Assembly (NCBI GenBank): GCA_013239625.1
Contig: MU054220.1
Coordinates: forward strand, 4,709,328-4,773,327
DNA from: Lama guanicoe
Taxonomy: Eukaryota
Length of the DNA stretch: 64,000 bases
Direction: 5' to 3'
The position numbers were made by a program, and so were the translations under genes. Positions 40,281 through 54,467 of the stretch are shown here, piece by piece (positions within the stretch are counted from its first letter, which is position 1; the number at the start of each line of letters is the position of its first letter). Below the pieces are notes generated by a model. It did no database searches and was not told where the DNA came from. It saw only the letters and a list, made by a program, of their open reading frames with translations.

Positions 40281-40843
40281 CTTAAATGACTTCCACGAGC
40301 CCTCCCACCTTTAAAATCCTCTGATTATCCAGCACTTCATTATCTCAGAATATCTAATCCTGTAATTGATGAATTAGGCATAATCAGAACAGCTACTTTA
40401 TAGAGTTGTTGTGAGAATTAAAGGAATTTAATGTAAAGTGCCAAAAACAGTGCCTGGCACAGAGTAAATAGTTTTAAGAAATGTCAACAATTATTTAATG
40501 GGGAATCTCTCAGTTTACAGATGCAGACACTGAAGTCAGAAGTTAGTGGAAAATCTAGGACTGGAATCTAGGAGTAATGCACCTCTCTTCTTTTTTTTAA
40601 AATATCATTTACTAATGTAATGCTAACTTCAGAGACACACTTAAATTTCAAGACTAAAATATCCCACGTCTTGTGTTTCTTAGTCCAGGGCTTTATCTAT
40701 TGAACCATACTGCTCTTGCTAAAAGGCAAATTCCAAGGAATCAAGGACTCTGGATTTGCCTGTCTTTACCTCCTGGTGCACAGCTAGGCTTTGCTAACCT
40801 GTAAGTTAGCAGCGTCTAACTGTTTTTGGAAGAGCAAGCTTAC

Positions 40844-41430
40844 CAAGGACTTCATATCTACTAAAAATGACCTCCATGGTGAATATAGGCTTAAAGACTT
40901 TTCAAATGGTGATATTGACTTGGTGAAACATATTTCTCACCAGAGACCCCAGACTTGAAAATGAGCCCATTTTATATTTATTAACTGAAAAAAAAAGGTA
41001 TTCAGAAGGAAAGGTTGCCTTCCTTGTATAAATGAAACAGGGGTTTGCAAGGGTTGTGCAGGTAATATTTATATTTTTAATGACTCTGACATATTACATG
41101 TGATACCAGTAGATTCGGGCATGCATTTTGTACAGCAAAGAATCAAAGGGTCTGACATCAATACAGTTGAAGCTGAGTTCTGTACTCTATTATTTTGCAT
41201 AGAAACAGTCCTTTCACTACTGGAGGTATATTTTCGTTTTGTGTTTGGCAATAAATAAACACATTTTGTGATCAACAAATGCTATACTAACATATCAAAA
41301 AAGTATTATGTTACTTGGGTAGAACCCAGCTGCTGTGGTAACAACTATTCAGAAGATAAAACATGCATTTTTAAGAAGCACATAAACCTGGTAATGCCAA
41401 AGAAGATTAAAATAAAATCATCTCGGTACA
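40844..41430 (-). pseudogene. Fossil exon: vWA-like domain 2
   Basis: One frame of about 190 codons with scattered stops: DDFILIFFGITRFM (degenerate DxSxS MIDAS)...YFFDMLV...TVLMSD...ITCNMSES...EICF...FEKSLSL; donor TTG|GTAAGC. Confidence 0.6.
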
Positions 41431-44400
41431 GTTTATAATTCCATAATTTAAATCATTAGCATCAGACTTTTAGTTAGCTTATATGGTTACTGGCTACTCT
41501 GATTTCCTCTCAACTTCTTATCCGAGAATCCCACTTCCTAATTTCCTCAAACCCTTTTATTTCTATGACCTTCTTCAAGCAGTATTTCACCTTGCCCTGA
41601 ATCAGAACCCCAAACGTTTCATCATTTATCTTAGGTAAATAAAAATGAGCATGTCTTCATTTTTTCATGTCTACTGTGCTTTTCTTGCAGTTTCTATTCT
41701 AAAATTTTTAATGCATTTTAAAAATATTAAATAAATAGTATTTTTGCACAGGGTTTTCATTTTATCCTGATTTATGTGTTACTAACCATACTCTAAGAAC
41801 TAAAGCCTTAACTCAGAACGTCAAGTTTGCCCATCAGTCCAGAGAAATTTTAAGTCCACGCTCCCCTCTTGTGCGTGCACAAAAAAATATTATCTCAATA
41901 AGATTTTTTTTAGAGGGGAGATTTTTCAAAAATTGACCTATAGATGATTTACATCAGTATTTTATTTTATTAATACGTGTGGTATTTTTAATATCAAAAT
42001 ATTGGATCTCAAGGGGTTCTTTTTTTATTTTTAACTATTTAGTAAGGAAATTTTCAAATGAAGAAAAATAGAAAGAGTATAACAAACATCCATGCGTACA
42101 TCATCTCTATTTAAAAGTTAACAGCTATTAACGTTTAGTCATATTTGCTTCATCTCTTTTTTTTTTTCCTTTGCTGAAGTACTCTAGAGGAAATTAGAGA
42201 CATCATGGCATTGCATTCCCAAATACTTCATTGTGCTCATCTAAAAAGGAAGGACATTTTCCTACAGAACCAGAGTGCCATTATCACGCCTACAAAATTA
42301 GCAATAATTCCCTGTTACCCAGGCTATATTCTAATTTTCTTGGTAATATCTTCAAGTCTCTATTCTGTCATGAGTAGCAGTATACACCTGTTCTTAAATA
42401 AAAGCCACCTCTAAAGTGCCTAATTCCAACCAGTTCTGCTAAGGAAGCAATGCCCACCCTGAACTGCTCCAAGCCCATTACCTGACAGAACATCGGGCAT
42501 CATCTAATCTTGCCATTGTGCCTGTTGGAGATGTCACATTAAATCAAACACTGATGAGAACTGGATAAAAGATCCTGTGGAATTTCAAACAGTTATTTTC
42601 CCTCAATAATCAGTGTGCATCGGGGAGCAAAGAGAGTGGGACAAGGGACCTAAATACAGTCACAGAGTTTAAAATGGGGTTGTTTTGCCTGATCATTCAG
42701 TCCAGGTCTGTACAGCCCGATCCACATAAGACGCTAAGGTGGTACTTTTCTGCAGAGTCAAATTCATTGAAACGCAGAGGAAAAAATTCACTTTTTTTCA
42801 ATCATTTAGTTAATTCAGTAAAGGTAAACTTACACTAATCCATGAAGGGGGTGGAATAAATGGATTACTTGGATTTTCAAGGAGTGAGGAATAAAGAGTT
42901 TTTTTGAGGGATTTGGAGAGGAGACTGGAAATTAATCTGACATAAATTTTAAGTCAAGTATTGTCATAAAGACCAGGGCAAAAGGTCTCTCTTGTCCTTT
43001 TGTAGGAAATAATCAAAAGAACAGAGAAAATAGGTAACCTAACTAAGATTATCTTTTCAATACCATCTGCAATCTATTTGTTTCTCAGGAAGATCAAGTC
43101 TCCTATTTGCATGTATGTGTGTGTGTATATATATATTTATCAGAAACTGATGCAAACAAAGGAGGGTGGTGGGTCGAGGGTTTTGCAGGCTCAGACACTT
43201 AAGGCTATTCCTCCATGCCATTTAGGGAGAGAGCATTGCTTGGAACAGCTAATCCTCATCCTTTCTCAACCTTTATCTTTTGCATCTTCCCCTTCTCCCT
43301 GAATCCACAAAGCTACCTTAAAAATGTGTGCTCTCTTATTGTTTTTATTGCTTTTATTGTTGGTTTATCTATGACTGAACTAGTTAAGGAAATACAAATT
43401 TTGTTTTTTTTCACTGAGGTAAAACTGTGTGGGGAAAAGATAAATATACCTCCTCTTTCCCTTGGAACCAAAGCATACCATATTATGCTTTCTCTCTTTT
43501 TTTATTTTTTAATAAGGGAACTATAACAAAAGTATGAAGTAGAAAATATTTGCTGATAGTATTAGGACTGAGTGGGGCATGGCCATCAACACTCAGCCAC
43601 ATCCCACTCCTTTATGAACCTTATTCTAAAAGACATGCCAACATACCCACGTGTACGTTTACAAAAATATATAGAAACGTTTATATTTGATGTAATAATT
43701 TAGGTGGAGGAAATCAAGGTGAACTGCTTCAAAAATGGGACCAAAGGACAGTATGGGAAAACAATCCAGAAGACAGTCCTCAGTCTTTTCCTTTGGTCAC
43801 AAAAAGCTTTCCAGAAAAATCAATAGATAACTTAATTGTTGGCTACCTCCTCATACCACTCTCCTAAATAAAGACTGTAAAGCAAGAAAAATGGCAAATA
43901 TGGAAGAAGTTAAAAACAAAAAAAAGAGCTGTAAAGGATCTGTGGTGATCTAAAAGCTCAGAAATTCATGCCTGATCAGTGATGTTGTCTGCAGAGCCAC
44001 TCAGTGTTTATACAGATGGACAGACAGGCTGTCCATCCATCCTTGCCCATGTGGCCATTCCAATGGATGCTTTCCTGCCTTCACTCAATGGGATGTTTCA
44101 AGAAACAACTTCAACACACACACATACACACACACCCCCCCCAAAAGCTTTAAGAGCCTCACAAGAAAACTATTTTTTTCCTCTATAAAGTTCCTTTCTA
44201 AATGAAATTTACAGTGTAAATAGTCCTGTGTTATGCCATCTTTTATAGCACCTCCAAGAAACAGAATGTTAGCATCATTCACTCATCTAATAAATACTTA
44301 TTGATTACCTCTACATGTTGGTGATAGAAACATTGCTCTTTGAATTTGGAAGGGTCCTTAAAGATCAAGTAATTCAATTTATTTGCTCTACAGAGGAAGA

Positions 44401-45030
44401 CAAGAGAGGTAAAATGACTTACCAAGGTCATACAGTTTTCTGAATTGTTTATATTTTTCAATAGTTGGCAAAGAGCTCAAAAGAAGGTTCGCCAGGGACA
44501 TGAGAGAGAATAGCTAGCAAAACTGAAAGATCAAGAATTTTACCTTCTGACAACTTTTCAGAAGAAAGCAAAGTTCTGGCCATTTTCCCCATCCCTCCTT
44601 TCTCACGTCCCACTCCCTCACATACACCTGCTGTGGAGTAGTCAACCAACTGCGTCCCCGGTTCCTCTCCAGCCCATGTGTGGCGAGAGGAAGAGATGAA
44701 GGGGCAAAAGCAGGACACAGGCAATAGGACATCATGGCTACCCAGTACACAGTCCAAACCAGTGTTCAGAAAGATGGCGGGATTCCTACAGAGTCAGCTC
44801 TAAATCAAATATTGATAAGGTGGTCCCTTTCTATGAGAATCCATAGCTCAGTACATGTTACCTTTAGGGCAGAGCAGCTCAGGGTTTAATAGAGAACACT
44901 TAAAAAAAAAAAAAGAGAACACTTATTACAATAAAAGGAATAAAAGGAGAGAGAGAGAGGAAGACAGAGAGAGAGAAAAAAAAACTTTCTGTTTTTGTTG
45001 TTCAGTCAGTCTCCTGATATGGGACCTTAC

Positions 45031-45197
45031 TGTCTCCCACTGTTAACGTTAATGGTCTCCTTTTACAGAATGGGTCAAAAGGAGCCAGCTGGTGCCTATT
45101 AGGACCGACCATGCTCTGGACAAATTAGAAACCGCCTTTAGGAATTTTGAGGAGAAAAATTTGGAAGACCCCCCTTTTAAAAATAATGATATTATAC
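45031..45197 (-). pseudogene. Fossil exon preceding vWA domain 2
   Basis: atgctaacag| ... ACA|GTAAGG; GIISLFLKGG...WSVLIG / HQLAPFDPFC / KETINVN. Confidence 0.5.
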
Positions 45198-48130
45198 CTG
45201 TTAGCATGTAAGTTTTAATTAACTTTAAAAATCTCATAGTATTAAAAATCTATATTCTGGCTTCTTATAGTAGTTGCCAATAACAGTGAAAGCTTAACAA
45301 GTAAATTGTGTTTATTTCTGAAATATATTTTAGAAAGTCCTCTTGCTACAAAGAGAACTTGGAGCTTTATTGTTAAATACTTATAAAGAGACACTTGAGA
45401 TCCCTTACTTTCTACCCAATCTGTATTTGTTCAAAAAACTTTATAGTTCTTTTTTTTTTTTTCACCTCTGGCCAAACCATTCACCATCTGTTTCCTGACT
45501 GCACCGAACTTAAAATCTTTGTAGTCGAAGTAACGCATCCAAGCAACCAACTTAGAAAGACAAAGGTACATTTTTTTTTTAGGTAAAAAAACCTATTAGA
45601 CTATTAAGATTCCATCTAGGGGGCATTAAGGCCAATGCCAGGGAAGCTTCAATAGATATGACATAGTAATTAAGGCAGTAAAATCTTAACCATCTTGAAC
45701 CTTCATCCTTTTACCCATTTAATTAGCCATCTAGCTAGGTTCTTACAAGATGAACTTCATAGAAACACAGAATTTGAGGTACCCAAATATCCAACCTATC
45801 CCCTCTCCAGTCTGTGACAAGATACCTCACTGCTGGGCATTCAGACAAAAACGCTTCTGGTTATCACAGATACTTGGATGCACAGGGGCTTGTCGTGTTT
45901 TGTGACACCCTCCAGGACAACATCCCCTAAAAAGTCAGAAGCACGAGAAGCAAAAAGAAATGTAGGGCATTAACCTGAGCACAGAAAAAAAAAATTAAAA
46001 ACACCCTGGAAACCCCCACTTTGGGGATAGTTTGAAACCTTGCTATCTTGTCAACAGACACTTGCCCAATTTTTCCCTCAATATAAAGGATTTATTTAAA
46101 CTCAACAATTAACACAAACCTTCCCTTAAATTTCATTTTTACAGTAAATAAAATTACATATTCCGTTCCTTGATGCATGATCACTGGGTATTAATCTACA
46201 GCTCTTACTTGTGAAAAAATAAAGTGTTTCCCCTTTTGTAATTATCCTGGGAACATCTGGCATAGCATCAGTGAGAAAGGACAGATTTGCTCGTTCCTGG
46301 ACTGCTTATTTGGTTAAAACCTAAATAAGTTCATCATCAGCCCCAAAGACTGGTTGTCAAAGCCACGAGAGGACTCAAAGATCCTCTAGTCCAATTCTCA
46401 CATTTTGTAAATAAGGAGACTGGGATCCACAAAAAGAAGGTGCCCAAAGTCACACAGCCAACAGGCTGAAAAATCCAGGACTTCTGACTCCCACCCAATT
46501 CTCTTTTCTATGCACTGAAATTCACCTTTCCAAAATGTTTAACCATTCATCACCTCATTTAATCCTACAAGGAAACCTCTGTGGTAGATAGAGTTACTCT
46601 CATTTTCCAGACAAAGAAATTACTATAGAAGTTTACACCAAGAGTCACTGCTAGACTCAAAATTAAAGTTAGACCTCCTGACACTGAATCAGATGTTCTC
46701 CTAACTGACATCTGAAAAACAGTAGTTTCTGTTTGTTTAGGGTTTACATTTGTACTTTGTATATTACGATTTTTCTTTCATATCCCCATTTAAAAAAAGC
46801 AAACAAAATTAAACACATCTTGTTTGGACTGAAGATCAGACTAAATACAAATAGTTCCCGGAAAAAATTAATTCCAACCCTGCTTCCTTCCTACTAAACA
46901 GTTATGGAGTATATATCAATTTGTAAATTCCCGTCTGGACCTAACATCAGGTTTTGCTGGGAAGACAACTCCATTCATTTAATACAGAAAAGAGCCAGCA
47001 GTCACGAGGAATTCACCAGAGGAAATTGGTGTTAAGCCCACCGAGCCTGTGGTCGAGGTAATATGTCCTTCTCTGCAGACTTAGAAAGAAGTGATAGCTA
47101 AGGAGGAAACTTCACCAGGCAGGCTCAATAAACTCCGTGAATGGGACCCCAAGGGGTTTGAACCATATGCTAGTGAGCTTTTCTAAAGGCACCATAATCT
47201 ATGTTACTTAGCGTCACCCAGTATATTTAAAGCTTAGAAATAGAGAAAATTGAACAAATACCAATGACAAACAAAAACATAACAGTAGCTTTCTCAAGAT
47301 ACATTTAGAGATAATGAACTAGATTTTCTCCTGTTGTGAACAAAAATACCACGTGTGATCACAACTTGAATACCAAGATGTTACAGGACCCGATTAGACT
47401 CATTTGATACTGCTCACTTGGAAAATTGTAATATTATAATAATTATTATATTTTGTGAAGAAGTCTGGATCATTTGTTCAATGCAAAGGGATTGCAAATG
47501 GACTTTGTCAGTATTGGCAGCTGATCAGATCTTTCCAGGTTTGTGGACAGACAAGAATAAAGATATTTCTTCATTCCTCCTCTCCTTCCTGCCCTCCCCT
47601 ACCCCTCATCCACATTTCCCTGGAAAAACGGGCCTGGGTAAATCAACTGCCAATTCCATCAACATGGGGAAATAAAATAGTAGGGGTGGGGTCATGTTTG
47701 GCCAAGCAACTGCTTAGTATCAATTACAAATATAGACCCAGACATTGGGTGATACATGGTTATGAGATTGACGGTATGGATTGTCGGTAAAGATGAGCGA
47801 CATTCTTAAATGCTCATATTGTATTGCTCATAGCACTTTTGATAAAGCCAGTCAAATGACACTGCAAAAGTCAACAGTACTTATCTGAAAATTACTTAGA
47901 TGCATCTCAGAGCTATTTTAAGAGAGGTCTGGGATAGCTCTACCAATGGTATAACGTAGTATCACAGATTCACTGAGTCATGAATACAATAAATAGGTAA
48001 AACCAAAAGAAAATACATGTATGCTTCCATATATCCTTTCATTTCTTATTTCTTTGGCCATGGCTATAATGCAGGTTAAAAAAAAAAAAAGACTTAGAAA
48101 GTTTATACAGCTCTGGAGACTAGCTCTTAC

Positions 48131-48519
48131 CCGGCCAAACATATGTTAGCCCAGAATGTTTTTAAATCAAAGCCTGAAAAATTGTGAGAAGGTGAAGTGG
48201 TCTTCTTGTCCATTTTTATTAACATTTATACTTGCACAACATATTCTTTTGGAAGTAGCTGATCTCTGTTTTATCTGTGAGTTGTGAGCCAGTCCTCATC
48301 TGAATGCCTAACAAATCTTGAGAATTAAAAATGCTCCTAAAATGCCAGCCAATAGTGACAGTGAAAAGTAATCAAGGCCAGAGTCTGTTTGTTGTTAACA
48401 TGTGATAGTAAAAGAAATGTAATTGATAGTTGCCAAACTTGAATCACTGAGAATGGCTCAGATCTATTTTATTTGGGGTAAGTTTCAAGTAGAAAGTTCT
48501 TCAGCAAAATGGGATATCA
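48131..48519 (-). pseudogene. Fossil exon (inter-vWA region)
   Basis: ttttgtttttacag| ... CGG|GTAAGA; long frame with ...QQTDSGLDYFSLSLLAGILG... Confidence 0.55.
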
Positions 48520-48899
48520 CTGTAAAAACAAAACATGTGAAGCTGACCAAAAAAAAGAAAATTAAAAAAAAATTATTTAAGAAAGTAAAGAAAGTTTTAT
48601 TGAAATGGGATCCAATTTCTCTAGTAATTAAAAAAATTATTGCTTGGTAATATTTATTTTATGTGGCGTGCTGCAAACATTTTAAACCATAATTTTATAT
48701 TTCTTTTTTTTGAAGCATAGTTGATTTACAATATTGTGTTAATTTCAGATATACAGCAAAGTGATTTAGTTATATATTTTTTTCAGATTTTTTACCCTTA
48801 TAGGTTATTATAAGATATTGAATCTTTCCCCCTGTGTTATGCAGTAAATCCTTGTTGCTTATATTTCTTCTTATATGGTATTTTGTGGGGGGGGAAAAA

Positions 48900-51800
48900 G
48901 TCATAAAGACAAAAACTTCGGGACCAATATTGAGAGTTTTAAAACATTATTATTATCTACATTAAAATCGGCAAAAAGAAAATTTTACTAGTGCTTTTCA
49001 ATTCTTTCTAGTAACACTTTTAAAATATAGGTAAAATTTTTTAACATTAGGCAAAATTCTTAAAGATTTATTTATTATGATCAAGATCCTAATGGTTAGC
49101 ATTATATCAGAATTCTTTGATCAAAATCTAAAGAGAGGAATATCACTTAGAATATCTGAAAATATGTTTTAGAAGTAGACATAATTTATTTGTTAAGCTT
49201 TCATTGATAGTGGCAACTACTTTGAGACTAGAATATAGATTTTTTTCATACTATGAAAATTGTAAAATTTAATTAAAAATTACATGCTATCAGATATAAA
49301 ATCATTATTTTAAAAATGTTTTTAATATCTACTGAATGAATAATAGTAAATGGTAGTAAGACAGTAAAATACCATTTTAGTTTTCATCTGTGGTTTCTAT
49401 TTGATACCACTATAAATATTTTGTTAAATCATGTCATTTTGTTTTCATTCAAAAACATATACATACTATTTTTTTTTCTTAAATGCAGTTCATTGTAGTT
49501 GAGTTAATTTTTTATAAATCAAGGACTGGTACTTAAAAATTTAAATAGCAAATTTAGCAGATTATAGGGCCGATCCCTAACATTTCCCTTAATGTTGGTA
49601 TAATTCCATATAATCACTATCAAAGCAATTACTGTGTTTTTATAATGTCGATATATCTGTATAAAAAACAAAAATCTGCACTGGACTATGTTGCCTGAGT
49701 GATGCCTGACAACTGGATGTCTGTAAACGTCAGGTAGCTAGAACTGCGTCATATAACCTCTGTGTACCTTCTAAAATCAAGTTACCCCTCTGTAACTTTC
49801 AAAACTGTGAGATTAATTCATTAAGTAAGTAAAGCAAAGTAAATACAACTGATTAGCCATGGATTTGAAGGTTCTAAAACTGTATTAAAATTTCCCTCCT
49901 TATCGATTCTATGATAGTCTCTCTGTTCTGTGTAGTACCCATTTTATTATTATTTTTACCCCATAGAATGTGTAATATTCATTTCCATATCAGTTAATAC
50001 TTAGTTTAGTAAGATATGATTATGAACCATGTTTTGAATTACATCTTGCATCAAAATTGCAATCTGCTGCATCTATTTCATTTAAGTCTAAGAACTGGCA
50101 AAATGGGAAGTTTAAAAAGAGTGGCATTATTTTCCTTTGAAAACGTTATTTATTTTACTACAGGTCTCAGATAAAATAAAAATAATCCTTTTCCTGAAAT
50201 TATTGTTTAAGCAACTTTAAAAAATAAAATGCAGGAAATCTTCAGTATGCCATATGGTTTCTGTTTCTTGCTACTAGTTCATTTATTTGTTTGTAAAAAC
50301 AAAAATGCATTATTTTTATATGCATTTTAAAAACCAATAAATACATATGTGGCTAATTCTAGAACGTATACTTTATTTTTAGAATTTATGAACAAATCTA
50401 AGTAAGTAGAAGGTTTATATTCCAGACAAAGGATACAAAAATCTGAGCAATAAAATACCAACTTACTTAAATATTTGGTATTCAAAATAAAATTTTGTTA
50501 TTCTGCTTTACAAATCTAAAAAGAGCTTAACTTAAAAAATTAAAAATGTTTTATATTTAGTAAAAATTGCTTTTGGTTTTTAGCAAATGTTTTTAAGTAG
50601 AATTTCTAGCCAGAATGCATACTTTTCCATTGTTTTATAAATAGATATAATGCAGAGTTTTTTTAATTCAATTTTTCAAAAGTTTAAATTAAAAATCTTA
50701 AACAATTAATAACTTCTTAATAAGTCCTTCCTTTTCATGAAAATAAAACTTCTAAGTAGTAAAATTAGCTCATCTTCCTTTTAGTATTTCAAATACTAGT
50801 ATTTCAGATGTCAAGAATTTAAGTTGGTTTAAAAAGAATAAGGGTTTTCAACAGTTATAATAATTTTATTCTTAAGTAAAAATATTTATGAATTAAAAAC
50901 AATTCATATTAAATTTTAGAACTTGCCAGTGATTTCTTAAAGAAAGAGAAAATAAAAAATTATATTGGTTTTTAACAGTATCATATGTTAACTATTAGTC
51001 CAAAATTGTTTATTTTGGCCTTTTTAATATTTTTTTAATTATTAAAGACAGATTTCAGGACTATGTTGACAATGAACTTCTATAGTTATCAATTATGGCT
51101 TCATCAAAATGTTCCAACTTGGCAAAAATTTAAACAATGTAATTTGTAGAGATAACATTCTCATTCTATAATTTGGTTGTCTCTTTTAAAATAAGGTTCA
51201 CATAAACATGATAAAATGTCTTGCATGCTTATAACATATTTATAATATAGGATTCCCAGTAAAATGTATTTTAGTCATATCTTCTTTTTTTCTGAACTAT
51301 AAATCAGTTGCCAAACAAATTGATTGTTAATAAACAAAATTTAGTTTTTCAGATTATTTTAGAATTATCTATTTTTACTTTAATTCTGAAAATATTTGAA
51401 GTTAAAAAAAACATGTGCATAATTTTTAACAGTAACTATTAGTTTAACATTTAGTGTTCAAGGCTAGTATTTGCTACAGGCTTTATAAAATTTTTATGTT
51501 AAGTGTTTAAAATATTTAATCATGCCATCTTGAAAAAATTTTCAAATCTTACAAAATTATAATGAATGATCCTAAAAGTTAAATGTGGAGAAATTATAAC
51601 TTTTGGTTTTGTTTTCTTTTTACATTTTGTCAATTTAGTTTCCTCAAGTTTAGGCTTTTTGTAAATAGATAACAGCTATTTCCTGTTGGATATCTGAAGT
51701 AACTGTTTTGATAATATTTTTGTTCGTAGTAGAACTGTCTTTTAAATTTTGTGTGTGCCTGAACCCTTCTTTAAAGCAGTATTAGAATTAATGCGATTCT

Positions 51801-52391
51801 GCTGAATGTATTCCATAAGTCTATATTTGATGAACAAGTGAGATAAATAATAAGCTTCCTTTTTATACTCATTTAACTCTTCCTGGTTTAAATATTATGC
51901 TTCTAATTTTCTAACAGGACATATGACAGGCTTTGGCAGTAGTAATTTCTGGCATGAATGGATTTCAAATTTTCTTTTAATTTAAATATCTGATATATTT
52001 CATGGACTATTAATCCACCCAATTTTTTCCTTGAAATTTGCAGCATGGTTCAGTTCTATGTGAATATTTTCTTTAAATTTTTGAAATATATTCATAATAG
52101 GTTTCTAAAATTTTTTTTGAAAGATCATCTATCTTTAGCTAGCTGGATCAATGTAATTACTTCTGAATTTCTGAACCTTTATAATCTCATAGCTTGGCAG
52201 TTACTTTAGCATGTATCAATAACAATCCTAATGTGTACTAGACACACTGGTAATAACTCTTCCTTTATTTAAATAGTGTAATTCACAAGAATATACAAAT
52301 ACCACACGAACAGAACCATAGGGTATCACATCCAGCTGACAGATAGCTTAATGAGTTTCTTTTGTCTTCCAGTTAAATCTTGTCATCTCAT
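48900..52391 (-). pseudogene. Very large decayed exon (or exons) containing vWA-like domain 1 at about 49990-49560
   Basis: cctttctttttcag| acceptor at 52391; long protein-like frames (FKENIHIELNHAANFKEKIGW; YLNQEELNEYKKEAYYLSHLFIKYRLMEYIQQN). vWA-like MNITHSMG...HRID...ISCIYFA / ELISQF...LEGTQRLYDAVLA...IFVFYTD. Left boundary approximate. Confidence 0.6.
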
Positions 52392-52974
52392 CTGAAAAAG
52401 AAAGGTACTTAGAAGATTAGACTTCAGAAAACTTTTTTGGGGGGAGAAGGGGGTCACTACTAATACAAAATTTTCTATCCCTCATAAAAAGAACTTCAGA
52501 TTTTCTTAAAAGAAGATTCTCCAAGAGCCTTATTTTCTTTCCTATAAATTATAAACATTTCATTGAAGTTGAATGCACAGAAAAAAAAAAAAGAAAAGTT
52601 CATAAAATTTCTTCTTGACTCAAATCCTATGATCCTTTCAGTCTCAGGGCGAAGTACAGTTATCTGTTGAATTGATCAGTGAGAACAAACACATAGTTTA
52701 GGCTCCTCAAAATCTTCTTTTCTCAGTGAGGAGAGTTTTTTTTCCTTTGAATTATCTGAATAATTGCCTCAACTCTTCAGTTCAATTTGCGTGTCTAGAC
52801 AGGAAACTAAACTGAATAAGGCTTCGAAGGATTTTTGAAACTGCTTTTTTTTTTTTCAACTACTTTTTGAATTGTAATTCTTACTGTCTTCCACGTGCAA
52901 CCTCACTGACTGCTTCCATCTGAGGCCTTCCAGAAATTTTGTGACGTTTTAAGCAGTCGGCCAGAAATATATAT

Positions 52975-52990
52975 GCGTGTCTGTGTGTGC

Positions 52991-53022
<32 letters not shown>
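52975..53022. repeat. (TG)n microsatellite
   Basis: Direct observation. Confidence 0.95.
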
Positions 53023-53025
<3 letters not shown>

Positions 53026-53487
53026 CACTTACCAAGGTCTGTTTTATTTTTCCTCTTTTAAAAATCCATCACAGATCTTCTTAATGTGACTCTTATATGA
53101 AGGAAAATATGAATGATCTCTCCCCTGGACTCAGCCAGTTTTCATGAACAAATAAAAATGTTTTACCTCCTTATACAAAAAGAAAAATTCTGTATTTGTG
53201 GTTTTTTAAAACACATTGCTGAAAAACTATTTAAAGGTAACTTTTTAAAAAAGAAAACTGAATATAGCAATGGTTTAATTTGTTAGACATAGATTTGTTC
53301 AATTACAATTTGCTGAAACCCTTTAAAAAAAAGTTATTGACCATTTCATAAGACAAAAAATACAGGCTACTTTAAAAAATCATGTTGTTTGAAGACTATG
53401 CAAAAAAAAAAACCAAATCTAAAGCTTTAGTCATCATTTTTTCAAATGGCCAAAGGCAGACCAGAAAGAGTTAAAAATATGATTGAA

Positions 53488-53800
53488 TAAAAGTGGTCAA
53501 AAGGTACAAACTTCTGGTTATAAGATAAATAATTACTGGGGATGTCATGCACAAGAAGACTAGAGTTAACACTGCTGTATGGTATATTTGAAAGTTGCTA
53601 AAGGAGTAAACTGTAAAAGTTCTCATCACAAGGAAAAAATTTTTTTTATAACTATATGAGGTAATGGATGTTAAATGAACTTACTGGGATAATCATTTTG
53701 CAGTATTTGTATGTCAAGTCATTATGCTGTATGCCTTAAATTTATACAGTGCTGTGTGTCAATTATATTCTCAATAAAACTGAAAAATAAAAATAATAAA
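53488..53800 (+). mobile_element. L1MA-like 3' end
   Basis: ggtacaaacttctggttataagataaat...gtcaattatattctcaataaaactg followed by an A tail. Confidence 0.8.
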
Positions 53801-54302
53801 CAGAAATAAAAATTTTAAAAATCTGATTGAATCAGAAACTCTACTAAAATGTCAGCTTGTGGCTCCAACAATTGCTATTGCTATATTGATAAAAACAAGA
53901 CCTTGTATGGAATTCTTCATTCGCAACCATTTTAAATAAATTGCTTACTTTCCCTCCAGATGAAAACCTGGAAAGTAAAGCTTTAGACACAAGATCCCCA
54001 AAAATCATACAATGCCTTGAATTTTGTTCATCAATTGGGCTTAAAACATTACTCCAGCAACACTATTTTTTTTTGTTGCTCTTATTGTTGAAACCCACAA
54101 AGTAGCTCTTCGATATCACAAATGGTACCTGTTAAACATGCTGAGCTAACTAAAAGGGAAAAAAAATTAAAAACAAAAAGGTTTAATCATAAACCTTGCA
54201 GAACTGTTAGAGTCCACCCCAGTGTTAAAATTCATGAGATTACCTTTTGGATATGGTTCTTTCTTAAGCCATTTTGGTTTGGGTGAACTTGGATAAATTC
54301 TC

Positions 54303-54467
54303 CTTTTTTTAAAAGTAGCTTTATGTTTCGTTTATTATTGTATTATTTAATTATTTTATTTTGGTGGGAGGAGGTAGCTAGGTTTGTTTATTTTTAGAGG
54401 AGAATTGAACCCAGGACCTCATGCATGCTAAACAAGCACTCTGCCACTTGAGCTATACTTCCCCCCA
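54303..54467 (-). mobile_element. Camelid tRNA-derived SINE inserted in a fossil PLAT exon
   Basis: Reverse complement head ...CCACTTGAGCTATACTTCCCCC; flanked by GATAAATT on both sides (TSD). Confidence 0.8.

Noticed and set aside
46988..47057. Plus-strand AG...GT-bounded open mini-exon (KEPAVTRNSPEEIGVKPTEPVVE)
   Set aside because: Isolated, with no partner exons or recognisable motif; likely chance.
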